A stretch of 64,000 nucleotides of DNA from Eledone cirrhosa. Lineage: Eukaryota. The translations under genes and the position numbers were made by a program. The DNA lies in NCBI GenBank assembly GCA_964016885.1, contig OZ024743.1, positions 135,656,001-135,720,000 on the forward strand, read 5' to 3'. This document shows, piece by piece, positions 49,241-61,800 of the stretch. A model generated the notes under the pieces. The model made no database searches. It worked only from the letters and a program-made list of their open reading frames with translations, and had not been told where the DNA came from. Positions within the stretch are counted from its first letter, which is position 1. Every line of letters begins with the position of its first letter.

Positions 49241-52200
49241 TGTTTGATGCTTGGTGCTTGATGCTTGGTGCTTGGTGCTTGGTGTTTGGTGCTTGGTGCT
49301 TGGTGTTTGTACTTGGTGTTTGGTGCTTGGTGTTTGGAGCTTGGTGCTTGGTGTTTGGTGCTTGGTGCTTGGTGTTTGGTGTTTGGTGCTTGGTGTTTGG
49401 TGCTTGGTGCTTGGTGCTTGGTGTTAGGTGTTTGGTGCTTCATGCCTGGTGCTTGGTGTTTGGTGCTTGGTGCATGGTGTTTGGTGCTTGGTGCCTGGTG
49501 CGTGGTGTTTGTTGCTTGGTGCTTGGTGTTTGGTGTTTGGTGCTTGGTGTTTGGTGCTTGGTGCTTGGTGTTAGGTGTTAGGTGTTTGGTGCTTGGTGCT
49601 TGGTGCTTGGTGTTTGGTGTTTGGTGTTTGGCGCTTGCTGCTTGCTGCTTGGTGTTTGGTGCTTGGTGATTGGTGCTTGGTGTTTGGTGCTTGGTGCTTG
49701 GTGTTTGGTGCTAGGTGCTTGGTGCTTGGTGCTTGGTGTTTGGTGTTTGGTGCTTGGTACTTGGGGCTTGGTGTTTGGTGCTTGGTGCTTCGTGTTTGGT
49801 GTTTGGTGCTTGGTGCTTGGTGTTTGGTGTTTGGTGCTTGGTGTTTGGTGCTTGGTGCTTGGTGCTTGGTGCTTGGTGTTTGGTGCTTGGTGCTTGGTGC
49901 TTGGTGTTTGGTGATTGGTGTTTGGTGTTTGGTGCTTGGTGCTTGGTGTTTGGTGCTTGGTGCTTGGTGATTAGTGTTTGGTGCTTGGTGCTTGGGGTTT
50001 GGTGTTTGGTGCTTGGTGCTTGGTGCTTGGTGCTTGGTTCTTGGTGTTTGGTGCTTGGTGCTTGGTGCTTGGTGTTTGGTGCTTGGTGCTTGGTGTTTGG
50101 TGCTTGGTGTTTGGTGTTTGGTGTTTGGTGCTTGGTGCTTGGTGCTTGGTGCATGGTGCTTGGTGTTTGGTGCTTGGTGTTTGGTGCTTGGTGTTAGGAG
50201 TTTGGTGCTTGGTGCTTGGTGTTTGGTGTTTGGTGCTTGGTATTTGGTGCTTGGTGCTTGGTGTTTGGTGTTTGGTGCTTGGTGTTTGGTGCTTGCTACG
50301 TGGTGCTTGGTGCTTGGTGTTAGGTGTTTGGTGCTTGGTGCGTGGTGTTTGGTTTTTGGTGCTTGGTGCTTGGTGTTTGGTGTTTGGTGCTTGCTGCTGG
50401 CTGCTTGGTGTTTGGTGCTTGGTGATTGGTGCTTGGTGTTTGGTGCTTGGTGTTTGGTGTTTGGTGCTAGGTGCTTGGTGCTTGGTGTTTGGTGATGATT
50501 GGTGCTTGGTGTTTGGTGTTTGGTGCTTGGTGCTTGGTGTTTGGTGCTTGGTGCTGGGTGGTTGGTGTTTGGTGCTTGGTGTTTGGTGCTGGGTGCTTGG
50601 TGTTTGGTGCTTGGTGCTTGGTCTTTGGTGCTTGGTGTTTGGTGTTTGGTGCTTGGTGCTTGGTGCTTGGTGTTTGGTGCTTGGTGCTTGGTGTTTGGTG
50701 CTTGGTGCTTAGTGTTTGGTGCTAGGTGCTTGGGGTTTGGTGTTTAGTGCTTGGTGCTTGGTGTTTGGTGCTTGGTGCTTGGTGCTTGGTCTTTGGTGTT
50801 TGGTGTTTAGTGCTTGGTGCTTGGTGTTTGGTGTTTGGTGCTTGGTGCTTGGTGCATTGTGATTAGTGTTTGGTGCTTGGTGCTTGGGGTTTGGTGTTTG
50901 GTGCTTGGTGCTTGGTGTTTAGTGCTTGGTGCTTGGTGTTTGGTGCTTGGTGTTTGGTTTTTTCTGTTTGGTGTTTGGTGTTTGCTGTTTGCTGTTTGGT
51001 GTCTGCTTTTTGGTGTTTGGTGTTTGCTCTATGGTGTTTGCTGTTTCATGTTTGGTGTTTGCTGTTTGGTGTTTGGTTTTTGCTGTTTGGTGTTTGGTCT
51101 TTGGTGCTTGGTCTTTGATGCTTGGTGTTTGGTGCTTGGTGCTTGGTGTTTGGTGTTTGGTGCTTGGTGACTGGTGCTTGTTGTTTGGTGATTGGTGCTT
51201 GGTGTTTGCTGTTTGGTGTTTGGTGTTTGTTTGGTGTTTGCTGTTTGGTGTTTGGTGCTTGGTGCTTGGTGCTTGGTGTTTGGTGCTTGGTGCTTGGTGT
51301 TTGGTGCTTGGTGCTTGGTGTTTGGTGCTTGGTGCCTGGTGCTTGTTGTTTGGTGTTTGGTGCTTGGTGTTTGCTGTTTGGTGTTTGGTGTTTGCTGTTT
51401 GCTGTTTGGTGTTTGGTGCTGGGTGCTTGGTGTTTGGTGTTTGATGCTTGGTGTTTGATGCTTGGTGCTTGGTGCTTGGTGTTTGGTGTTTGGTGTTTGC
51501 TGTTTGGTGTTTGGTGCTTGGTGCTTGGTGCTTGGTGTTTGGTGCTTGGTGCTTGGTGTTTGGTGCTTGGTGCTTGATGGTTGGTGTTTGTACTTGGTGC
51601 TTGGTGCTTGGTGTTTTCTGCTTGATTCTTGGTGTTTGGTGCTTGGTGTTTGCTGCTTAGTGCTTGATGTTTGGTGTTTGGTGCTTGGTGTTTGGTGCTT
51701 GGTGCTTGGTGTTAAGTGTTTGGTGCTTGGTGTTTGATGTTTGGTGCTTCATGCTTGGTGCTTGGTGTTTGGTGCTTGGTGCCTGGTGCATGGTGTTTGG
51801 TGCTTGATGCTTGGTGTTTGGTGTTTGGTGCTTGGTGTTTGGTGCTTGGTGCTTGGTGCTTGGTGTTAGGTGTTAGGTGTTTGATGCTTGGTGCTTGGTG
51901 TTTGGTGTTTGGTGTTTGGTGTTTGCTGTTTGGTGTTTGGTCTTTGGTGCTTGGTCTTTGGTGCATGGTGTTTGGTGCTTGGTGCTTGGTGTTTGGTGCT
52001 TGGTGCCTGGTGCTTGTTGTTTGGTGATTGGTGCTTGGTGTTTCCTGTTTGGTGTTTGGTGTTTGGTGTTTGCTGTTTTGTGTTTGGTGCTTGGTGCCTG
52101 GTGCTTGGTGTTTGGTGCTTGGTGCTTGGTGTTTGGTGCTTGGTGCTTGATGCTTGGTGTTTGTACTTGGTGCTTGGTGCATGGTGTTATGTGCTTGATT

Positions 52201-55200
52201 ATTGGTGTTTGGTGCTTGGTGTTTGGTGCTTAGTGCTTGGTGTTTGGTGTTTGGTGCTTGGTGTTTGGTGCTTGGTGCTTGGTGCTTGGTGTTTGGTGTT
52301 TGGTGCTTCATGCTTGGTGCTTGGTGTTTGGTGCTTGGTGCTTGGTGTTTGGTGCTTGGTGCCTGGTGCATGGTGTTTGGTGCTTGATGCTTGGTGTTTG
52401 GTGTTTGGTGCTTGGTGTTTGGTGCTTGGTGCTTGTTGCTTGGTGTTAGGTGTTAGGTGTTTGGTGATTGGTGCTTGGTGTTTGGTGCTTGGTGCTTGAT
52501 GTTTGGTGCTTGGTGCTTGGTGTTTGGTGCTTGGTGTTTGGTGCTTGGTACTTGGGGCTTGGTGTTTGGTGCTTGGTGCTTGGTGCTTGGTGTTTGGTGC
52601 TTGGTGCTTGGTGTTTGGTGTTTGGTGCTTGGTGTTTGGTGCTTGGTGCTTGGTGCTGGGTGGTTGGTGTTTGGTGCTTGATGCTTGGTGTTTGGTGCTT
52701 GGTGCTTGGTGCTTGGTGTTTGGTGCTTGGCGCTTGGTGCTTGGTCTTTGGTGCTTGGTGTTTGGTGTTTGGTGCTTGGTGCTTGGTATTTGGTGCTTGG
52801 TGATTAGTGTTTGGTGCTTGGTGCTTGGGGTTTGGTGTTTGGTGCTTGGTGCTTGGTGTTTGGTGCTTGGTGCTTGGTGTTTGGTGCTTGGTGTTTGGTT
52901 TTTGCTGTTTGGTGTTTGGTGTTTGCTGTTTGCTGTTTGGTGTCTGCTTTTTGGTGCTTGGTGTTTGCTGTATCGTGTTTGCTGTTTCGTGTTTATTGTT
53001 TGCTGTTTGGTGCTTGTTGTTTGGTGTTTGGTGTTTCCTGTTTGGTGTTTAGTCTTTGGTGTTTGGTGTTTGGTGCTTGGTGCTTGGTGTTTGGTGTTTG
53101 GTGCTTGGGGCTTGGTGTTTGGTGCTGCGTGCTTGGTGCTTGGTGCTTGGTGCTTGGTGCTTGGTGTTTGGTGTTTGATGATTGGTGTTTGGTGTTTGGT
53201 GTTTGGTGCTTGGTGCTTGGTGTTTGGTGTTTGATGCTTGCTGCTTGATGCTTGGTGCTTGGTGCTTGGTGTTTGGTGCTTGGTGCTTGGTGTTTGGTGC
53301 TTGGTACTTGGTGTTTGGTGCTTGGTGTTTGCTGTTTGCTGTTTGGTGTTTGGTGTTTGCTGTTTGCTCTTTGGTGTCTGCTTTTTGGTGTTTGTTGTTT
53401 GCTCTATGGTGTTTGCTGTTTCATGTTTTGTGTTTGCTGTTTGGTGTTTGGTGCTTGGTGTTTGGTGCTTGGTGCTTGTTGTTTGGTGATTGGTGCTTGG
53501 TGCTTGGTGTTTGCTGTTTGGTGCTTGGGGCTTGGTGTTTGGTGCTGCGTGCTTGGTGCTTGGTGCTTGGTGCTTGGTGTTTGGTGTTTGATGATTGGCG
53601 TTTGGTGTTTGGTGTTTGGTGCTTGGTGCTTGGTGTTTGGTGTGTGATGCTTGCTGCTTGATGCTTGGTGCTTGGTGCTTGGTGTTTGGTGCTTGGTGCT
53701 TGGTGTTTGGTGCTTGGTACTTGGTGTTTGGTGCTTGGTGTTTGCTGTTTGCTGTTTGGTGTTTGGTGTTTGCTGTTTGCTGTTTGGTGTCTGCTTTTTG
53801 GTGTTTGTTGTTTGCTCTATGGTGTTTGCTGTTTCATGTTTCGTGTTTGGTGTTTGCTGTTTGGTGTTTGCTGTTTGGTGTTTGGTGCTTGGTGTTTGGT
53901 GCTTGGTGCTTGGTGTTTGGTGCTAGGTGCTTGGTGTTTGGTGCTTGGTGTTTGGTGTTTGGTGCTTGGTACTTGGGGCTTGGTGTTTGGTGCTTGGTGC
54001 TTCGTGCTTGGTGTTTGGTGCTTGGTGCCTGGTGCTTGTTGTTTGGTGATTGCTGCTTGGTGTTTGCTGTTTGGTGCTGCGTGCTTGGTGCTTGGTGCTT
54101 GGTGCTTGGTGCTTGGTGTTTTGTGTTTGGTGTTTGATGCTTGGTGTTTGGTGTTTGGTGCTTGATGCTTGGTGTTTGGTGTTTGATGCTTGGTGCTTGA
54201 TGCTTGGTGCTTGGTGCTTGGTGTTTGGTGCTTGGTGCTTGGTGTTTGTACTTGGTGTTTGGTGCTTGGTGTTTGGTGCTTGGTGCTTGGTGTTTGGTGC
54301 TTGGTGCTTGGTGTTTGGTGTTTGGTGCTTGGTGTTTGGTGCTTGGTGCTTGGTGCTTGGTGTTAGGTGTTTGGTGCTTCATGCCTGGTGCTTGGTGTTT
54401 GGTGCTTGGTGCTTGGTGTTTGGTGTTTGGTGCTTCATGCTTGGTGCTTGGTGTTTGGTGCTTGGTGCTTGGTGTTTGGTGCTTGGTGCCTGGTGCATGG
54501 TGTTTGGTGCTTAATGCTTGGTGTTTGGTGTTTGGTGCTTGGTGTTTGGTGCTTGGTGCTTGGTGCTTGGTGTTAGGTGTTAGGTGTTTGATGCTTGGAG
54601 TTTGCTGTTTGGTGTTTGGTGTTTGCTGTTTGGTGTTTGGTCTTTGGTGCTTGGTCTTTGGTGCTTGGTGTTTGGTGCTTGGTGCTTGGTGTTTGGTGCT
54701 TGGTGCCTGGTGCTTGTTGTTTGGTGATTGGTGCTTGGTGTTTCCTGTTTGGTGTTTGGTGTTTGGTGTTTGCTGTTTTGTGTTTAGTGCTTGGTGCTTG
54801 GTGCTTGGTGTTTGGTGCTTGGTGCTTGGTGTTTGGTGCATGGTGCTTGATGCTTGGTGTTTGTACTTGGTGCTTGGTGCATGGTGTTTTGTGCTTGATT
54901 CTTGGTGTTTGGTGCTTGGTGTTTGGTGCTTAGTGCTTGGTGTTTGGTGTTTGGTGCTTGGTGTTTGGTGCTTGGTGCTTGGTGCTTGGTGTTTGGTGTT
55001 TGGTGCTTCATGCTTGGTGCTTGGTGTTTGGTGCTTGGTGCTTGGTGTTTGGTGCTTGGTGCCTGGTGCATGGTGTTTGGTGCTTGATGCTTGGTGTTTG
55101 GTGTTTGGTGCTTGGTGTTTGGTGCTTGGTGCTTGGTGCTTGGTGTTAGGTGTTAGGTGTTTGGTGATTGGTGCTTGGTGTTTGGTGCTTGGTGCTTGAT

Positions 55201-56220
55201 GTTTGGTGCTTGGTGCTTGGTGTTTGGTGCTTGGTGTTTGGTGCTTTGTACTTGGGGCTTGGTGTTTGGTGCTTGGTGATTGGTGTTTGGTGCTTGGTGA
55301 TTAGTGTTTGGTGCTTGGTGCTTGGGGTTTGGTGTTTGGTGCTTGGTGCTTGGTGTTTGGTGCTTGGTGTTTGGTTTTTACTGTTTGGTGTTTGGTGTTT
55401 GCTGTTTGCTGTTTGCTGTTTGGTGTCTGCTTTTTGGTGTTTGGTGTTTGCTGTATCGTGTTTGCTGTTTCGTGTTTATTGTTTGCTGTTTGGTGTTTGG
55501 TGTTTGGTGTTTGGTGTTTCCTGTTTGGTGTTTAGTCTTTGGTGATTGGTGCTTGGTGCTTGGTGTTTGGTGTTTGGTGCTTGGTGCTTGGTGTTTGGTG
55601 CTTGGTACTTGTTGTTTGGTGATTGGTGCTTGGTGCTTGGTGTTTGCTGTTTGGTGCTTGGGGCTTGGTGTTTGGTGCTGCGTGCTTGGTGCTTGGTGCT
55701 TGGTGCTTGGTGCTTGGTGTTTGGTGTTTGATGATTGGTGTTTGGTGTTTGGTGTTTGGTGCTTGGTGCTTGGTGTTTGGTGTTTGATGCTTGCTGCTTG
55801 ATGCTTGGTGCTTGGTGCTTGGTGTTTGGTGCTTGGTGCTTGGTGTTTGGTGCTTGGTACTTGGTGTTTGGTGCTTGGTGTTTGCTGTTTGCTGTTTGGT
55901 GTTTGGTGTTTGTTGTTTGCTGTTTGGTGTCTGCTTTTTGGTGTTTGTTGTTTGCTCTATGGTGTTTGCTGTTTCATGTTTGGTGTTTGCTGTTTGGTGT
56001 TTGGTGTTTACTGTTCGGTGTTTGGTGCTTGGTGTTTGGTGCTTGGTGCTTGGTGTTTGGTGCTAGGTGCTTCATGCTTGGTGTTTGGTGTTTGGTGTTT
56101 GGTGCTTGGTACTTGGGGCTTGGTGTTTGGTGCTTGGTGCTTCGTGCTTGGTGTTTGGTGCTTGGTGCTTGGTGTTTGGTGTTTGGTGCTCGGTGCCTGG
56201 TGCTTGTTGTTTGGTGATTG
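49100..56220 (+). repeat. Long-range diverged copy of the ~24.6-34 kb region
   Basis: Offsets are 24466 (24645/49111; GCTACGTGG 25829/50295), 24721 (28461/53182), 24700 (TGTGTGATGC 28941/53641), 22224 (31980/54204) and 22169 (33566/55735). Confidence 0.8.
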
Positions 56221-58860
56221 GTGCTTGGTGTTTGGTGTTTGATGCTTGGTGCTTGATGCTTGGTGCTTGGTGCTTGGTGTTTGGTGCTTGGTGCTTGGTG
56301 TTTGTACTTGGTGTTTGGTGCTTGGTGTTTGGTGCTTGGTGCTTGGTGTTTGGTGCTTGGTGCTTGGTGCTTGGTGTTTGGTGCTTGGTGTTTGGTGCTT
56401 GGTGCCTGGTGCATGGTGTTTGTTGCTTGGTGCTTGGTGTTTGGTGTTTGGTGCTTGGTGTTTGGTGCTTGGTGCTTGGTGTTTGGTGTTTGGTGTTTGG
56501 TGCTTGCTGCTTGCTGCTTGGTGTTTGGTGCTTGGTGATTGGTGCTTGGTGTTTGGTGCTTGGTGCTTGGTGTTTGGTGCTAGGTGCTTGGTGCTTGGTG
56601 CTTGGTGTTTGGTGTTTGGTGCTTGGTACTTGGGGCTTTGTATTTGGTGCTTGGTGCTTCGTGTTTGGTGTTTGGTGCTTGGTGCTTGGTGTTTGGTGCT
56701 TGGTGTTTGGTGCTTGGTGCTTGGTGCTGTGTGGTTGGCGTTTGGTTCTTGGTGCTTGGTGTTTGGTGCTTGGTGCTTGGTGTTTGGTGCTTGGTACTTG
56801 TTGTTTGGTGATTGGTGCTTGGTGCTTGGTGTTTGCTGTTTGGTGCTTGGGGCTTGGTGTTTGGTGCTGCGTGCTTGGTGCTTGGTGCTTGGTGCTTGGT
56901 GCTTGGTGTTTGGTGTTTGATGATTGGTGTTTGGTGTTTGGTGTTTGGTGCTTGGTGCTTGGTGTTTGGTGTTTGATGCTTGCTGCTTGATGCTTGGTGC
57001 TTGGTGCTTGGTGTTTGGTGCTTGGTGCTTGGTGTTTGGTGCTTGGTGCTTGGTGTTTGGTGTTTGGTGCTTCATGCTTGGTGCTTGGTGTTTGGTGCTT
57101 GGTGCTTGGTGTTTGGTGCTTGGTGCCTGGTGCATGGTGTTTGGTGCTTGATGCTTGGTGTTTGGTGTTTGGTGCTTGGTGTTTGGTGCTTGGTGCTTGG
57201 TGCTTGGTGTTAGGTGTTAGGTGTTTGATGCTTGGAGTTTGCTGTTTGGTGTTTGGTGTTTGCTGTTTGGTGTTTGGTCTTTGGTGCTTGGTCTTTGGTG
57301 CTTGGTGTTTGGTGCTTGGTGCTTGGTGTTTGGTGCTTGGTGCCTGGTGCTTGTTGTTTGGTGATTGGTGCTTGGTGTTTCCTGTTTGGTGTTTGGTGTT
57401 TGGTGTTTGCTGTTTTGTGTTTAGTGCTTGGTGCTTGGTGCTTGGTGTTTGGTGCTTGGTGCTTGGTGTTTGGTGCATGGTGCTTGATGCTTGGTGTTTG
57501 TACTTGGTGCTTGGTGCATGGTGTTTTGTGCTTGATTCTTGGTGTTTGGTGCTTGGTGTTTGGTGCTTAGTGCTTGGTGTTTGGTGTTTGGTGCTTGGTG
57601 TTTGGTGCTTGGTGCTTGGTGCTTGGTGTTTGGTGTTTGGTGCTTCATGCTTGGTGCTTGGTGTTTGGTGCTTGGTGCTTGGTGTTTGGTGCTTGGTGCC
57701 TGGTGCATGGTGTTTGGTGCTTGATGCTTGGTGTTTGGTGTTTGGTGCTTGGTGTTTGGTGCTTGGTGCTTGGTGCTTGGTGTTAGGTGTTAGGTGTTTG
57801 GTGATTGGTGCTTGGTGTTTGGTGCTTGGTGCTTGATGTTTGGTGCTTGGTGCTTGGTGTTTGGTGCTTGGTGTTTGGTGCTTTGTACTTGGGGCTTGGT
57901 GTTTGGTGCTTGGTGCTTGGTGTTTGGTGCTTGGTGATTAGTGTTGGGTGCTTGGTGCTTGGGGTTTGGTGTTTGGTGCTTGGTGCTTGGTGTTTGGTGC
58001 TTGGTGTTTGGTTTTTACTGTTTGGTGTTTGGTGTTTGCTGTTTGCTGTTTGCTGTTTGGTGTCTGCTTTTTGGTGTTTGGTGTTTGCTGTATCGTGTTT
58101 GCTGTTTCGTGTTTATTGTTTGCTGTTTGGTGTTTGGTGTTTGGTGTTTGGTGTTTGCTGTTTGGTGTTTAGTCTTTGGTGATTGGTGCTTGGTGCTTGG
58201 TGTTTGGTGTTTGGTGCTTGGTGCTTGGTGTTTGGTGCTTGGTACTTGTTGTTTGGTGATTGGTGCTTGGTGCTTGGTGTTTGCTGTTTGCTGTTTGGGG
58301 CTTGGTGTTTGGTGCTGCGTGCTTGGTGCTTGGTGCTTGGTGCTTGGTGCTTGGTGTTTGGTGTTTGATGATTGGTGTTTGGTGTTTGGTGTTTGGTGCT
58401 TGGTGCTTGGTGTTTGGTGTTTGATGCTTGCTGCTTGATGCTTGGTGCTTGGTGCTTGGTGTTTGGTGCTTGGTGCTTGGTGTTTGGTGCTTGGTACTTG
58501 GTGTTTGGTGCTTGGTGTTTGCTGTTTGCTGTTTGGTGTTTGGTGTTTGTTGTTTGCTGTTTGGTGTCTGCTTTTTGGTGTTTGTTGTTTGCTCTATGGT
58601 GTTTGCTGTTTCATGTTTGGTGTTTGCTGTTTGGTGTTTGCTGTTTGCTGTTCGGTGTTTGGTGCTTGGTGTTTGGTGCTTGGTGCTTGGTGTTTGGTGC
58701 TAGGTGCTTCATGCTTGGTGTTTGGTGTTTGGTGTTTGGTGCTTGGTACTTGGGGCTTGGTGTTTGGTGCTTGGTGCTTCGTGCTTGGTGTTTGGTGCTT
58801 GGTGCTTGGTGTTTGGTGTTTGGTGCTCGGTGCCTGGTGCTTGTTGTTTGGTGATTGGTG
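54430..58860 (+). repeat. Duplication with 2637-bp offset
   Basis: ORF pairs 54595/57232, 55304/57941 and 55735/58372 are offset by 2637. Confidence 0.87.
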
Positions 58861-61800
58861 CTTGGTGTTTGCTGTTTGGTGCTGCGTGCTTGGTGCTTGG
58901 TGCTGGTGCTTGGTGCTTGGTGTTTTGTGTTTGGTGTTTGATGCTTGGTGTTTGGTGTTTGGTGCTTGGTTCTTGGTGTTTGGTGTTTGATGCTTGGTGC
59001 TTGATGCTTGGTGCTTGGTGCTTGGTGTTTGGTGCTTGGTGCTTGGTGTTTGTACTTGGTGTTTGGTGCTTGGTGTTTGGTGCTTGGAGCTTGGTGTTTG
59101 GTGCTTGGTGCTTGGTGCTTGGTGTTTGGTGCTTGGTGTTTGCTGCTTGCTGCTTGGTGTTTGGTGCTTGGTGATTGGTGCTTGGTGTTTGGTGCTTGGT
59201 GCTTGGTGTTTGGTGCTAGGTGCTTGGTGCTTGGTGCTTGGTGTTTGGTGTTTGGTGCTTGGTACTTGGGGCTTTGTATTTGGTGCTTGGTGCTTCGTGT
59301 TTGGTGTTTGGTGCTTGGTGCTTGGTGTTTGGTGCTTGGTGTTTGGTGCTTGGTGCTTGGTGCTGTGTGGTTGGCGTTTGGTTCTTGGTGCTTGGTGTTT
59401 GGTGCTTGGTGCTTGGTGCTTGGTGTTTGGTGCTTGGTGTTTGGTGTTTGGTGCTTGGTGCTTGGTGTTTGGTGCTTGGTGCTTGGTGTTAGGTGTTTGG
59501 TGCTTGGTGCTTGGTGTTTTGTGCTTGGTGCGTGGTGCTTGGTGCTTGGTCCTTGGTGTTTGGTGCTGGGTGCTTGGTGTTTGATGCTTGGTGCTTGGTG
59601 TTTGGTGCTTGGTGCTTGGTGTTTGGGCTTGGTGCTGGTTGGTTGGTGTTTGGTGCTTGGTGTTTGGTGCTGGGTGCTTGGTGTTTGGTGCTTGGTGCTT
59701 GGTCTTTGGTGCTTGGTGTTTGGTGTTTGGTGCTTGGTGCTTGGTGTTTGGTGCTTGGTGCTTGGTGTTTAGTGCTTGGTGCTTAGTGTTTGGTGCTAGG
59801 TGCTTGGGGTTTGGTGTTTGGTGCTTGGTGTTTGGTGCTTGGTGCTTGGTGTTTGGTGCTTGGTGTTTGGTGTTTGCTGTTTGCTGTTTGGTGTTTGTTG
59901 TTTGGTGTTTGTTGTTTGGTGTTTGCTGTTTGGTGTTTCGTGTTTGCTGTTTCGTGTCTGCTTTTTGGTGTTTGGTGTTTGCTGTATGTTGTTTGCTGTT
60001 TGGTGTTTGGTGTTTGGTGTTTGGTGCTTGGTGCTTGGTGTTTGGTGCTTGGTGCTTGGTGTTTGGTGCCTGGTGCTTGGTGCTTGGTGTTTGGTGTTTG
60101 GTGTTTGGTGCTTGGTGCTTGGTGCTTGGTGTTTTGTGTTTGGTGTTTGGGTTTTGGTGCTTGGTGTTTGGTTCTTGGTTCTTGGTGTTTGGTGTTTGGT
60201 ATTTGGTGTTTGGTGCTTGTTGCTTGGTGTTTTGTGCTTGGTGCTTGGTGTTTGGTGCCTGGTGCTTGGTGCTTGGTGCTTGGTGTTTGGTGTTTGGTGC
60301 TTGGTGCTTGTTGTTTTGGGTTTGGTGTTTGGTTTTTGGTGCTTGGTGCTTGGTGCTTGGTCCTTGGTGTTTGGTGCTGGGTGCTTTGTGTTTGGTGTTT
60401 GGTGCTTGGTGTTTGGTGTTTGCTGCTTGGTGTTTGATGCTTGGTGCTTGGTGCTTGGTGTTTTGTGTTTGGTGCTTGGTGTTTGGTGCTTGGTGCTTGG
60501 TGTTTGTACTTGGTGCTTGGTGCTTGGTGCTTGGTGTTTGGTGTTTGGTGCTTGGTGTTTGGTGCTTGGTGCTTGGTGCTTGGTGTTAGGTGTTTAGTGC
60601 TTGGTGCTTGGTGTTTGGTGCTTGGTGTTTGCTGTTTGCTGTTTGGTGTTTGGTCTTTGGTGTTTGGTGTTTGCTGTTTGGTGTCTGCTTTTTGGTGTTT
60701 AGTGTTTGCTGTATGGTGTTTGCTGTTTCGTGTTTGGTGTTTGTTGTTTGGTGTTTGGTCTTTGGTGCTTGGTGCTTGGTGCTTGGTGCTTGGTGCTTGG
60801 TGTTTGGTGTTTGGTGCTTGGTGCTTGGTGTTTGGTGTTTGTTGTTTGGTGCTTGGTGTCTGGTGCTTGGTGTTTGGTGTTTGGTGCTTGGTGTTTGGTG
60901 TTCGGTGTTTGGTGCTTGGTGCTTGGTGTTTGGTGTTCGGTGTTTGGTGCTTGGTGCTTGGTGTTTGGTGTTTGGTGCTTGGTGTTTGGTGTTTGGTGCT
61001 TTTTGCTTGGTGCTTGGTGCTTGGTGTTTGGTGCTTGGTGCTTGGTGTTTGGTGCTGGGTGCTTGGTGCTTGGTGTTTGACTGTTTGGTGCTTGGTGTTT
61101 GGTGTTTGGTGTTTGGTGTTATATGCTTGGTGTTTGATGCTTGGTGCTTGGTGCTTGGTGTTTGGTGTTTGGTGTTTGATGCTTGGTGCTTGGTGCTTGG
61201 TGTTTGGTCTTTGGTGCTTGGTGTTTGTACTTGGTGCTTGGTGCTTGGTGCTTGGTGTTTGGTGCTTGGTGTTTGGTGCTTGGTGCTTGGTGCTTGGTGC
61301 TTGGTGTTTGGTGGTTGGTGTTTGGTGCTTGGTGTTAGGTGTTTGGTGCTTGGTGTTTGGTGTTTGGTGCTTGGTGTTTGGTGCTTGGTACTTGGTGCTT
61401 GGTGCTTGGTGTTAGGTGTTTGGTGCTTGGTGCTTGGTGCTTGGTGTTTGGTGCTTGGTGTTTGGTGCTTGGTGCTTGGTGCTTGGTGCTTGGTGCTTGG
61501 TGTTTGGTGGTTGGTGTTTGGTGCTTGGTGTTAGGTGTTTGGTGCTTGATGCTTGGTGTTTGGTGCTTTTTGCTTGGTGCTTGGTGCTTGGTGTTTGGTG
61601 CTTGATGCTTGGTGTTTGGTGCTGGGTGCTTGGTGCTTGGTGTTTGGTGTTTGGTGATTGGTGCTTGGTGTTTGGTGTTTGGTGTTTGGTGTTATATGCT
61701 TGGTGTTTGATGCTTGGTGCTTGGTGCTTGGTGTTTGGTGTTTGGTGCTCGGTGCCTGGTGCTTGTTGTTTGGTGATTGGTGCTTGGTGTTTGCTGTTTG

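Noticed and set aside
58902-58909. GCTGGTGC resembling the E. coli Chi site GCTGGTGG
   Set aside because: It is a mismatch produced by a 1-bp deletion in the monomer (also at ~61824), with no bacterial context.
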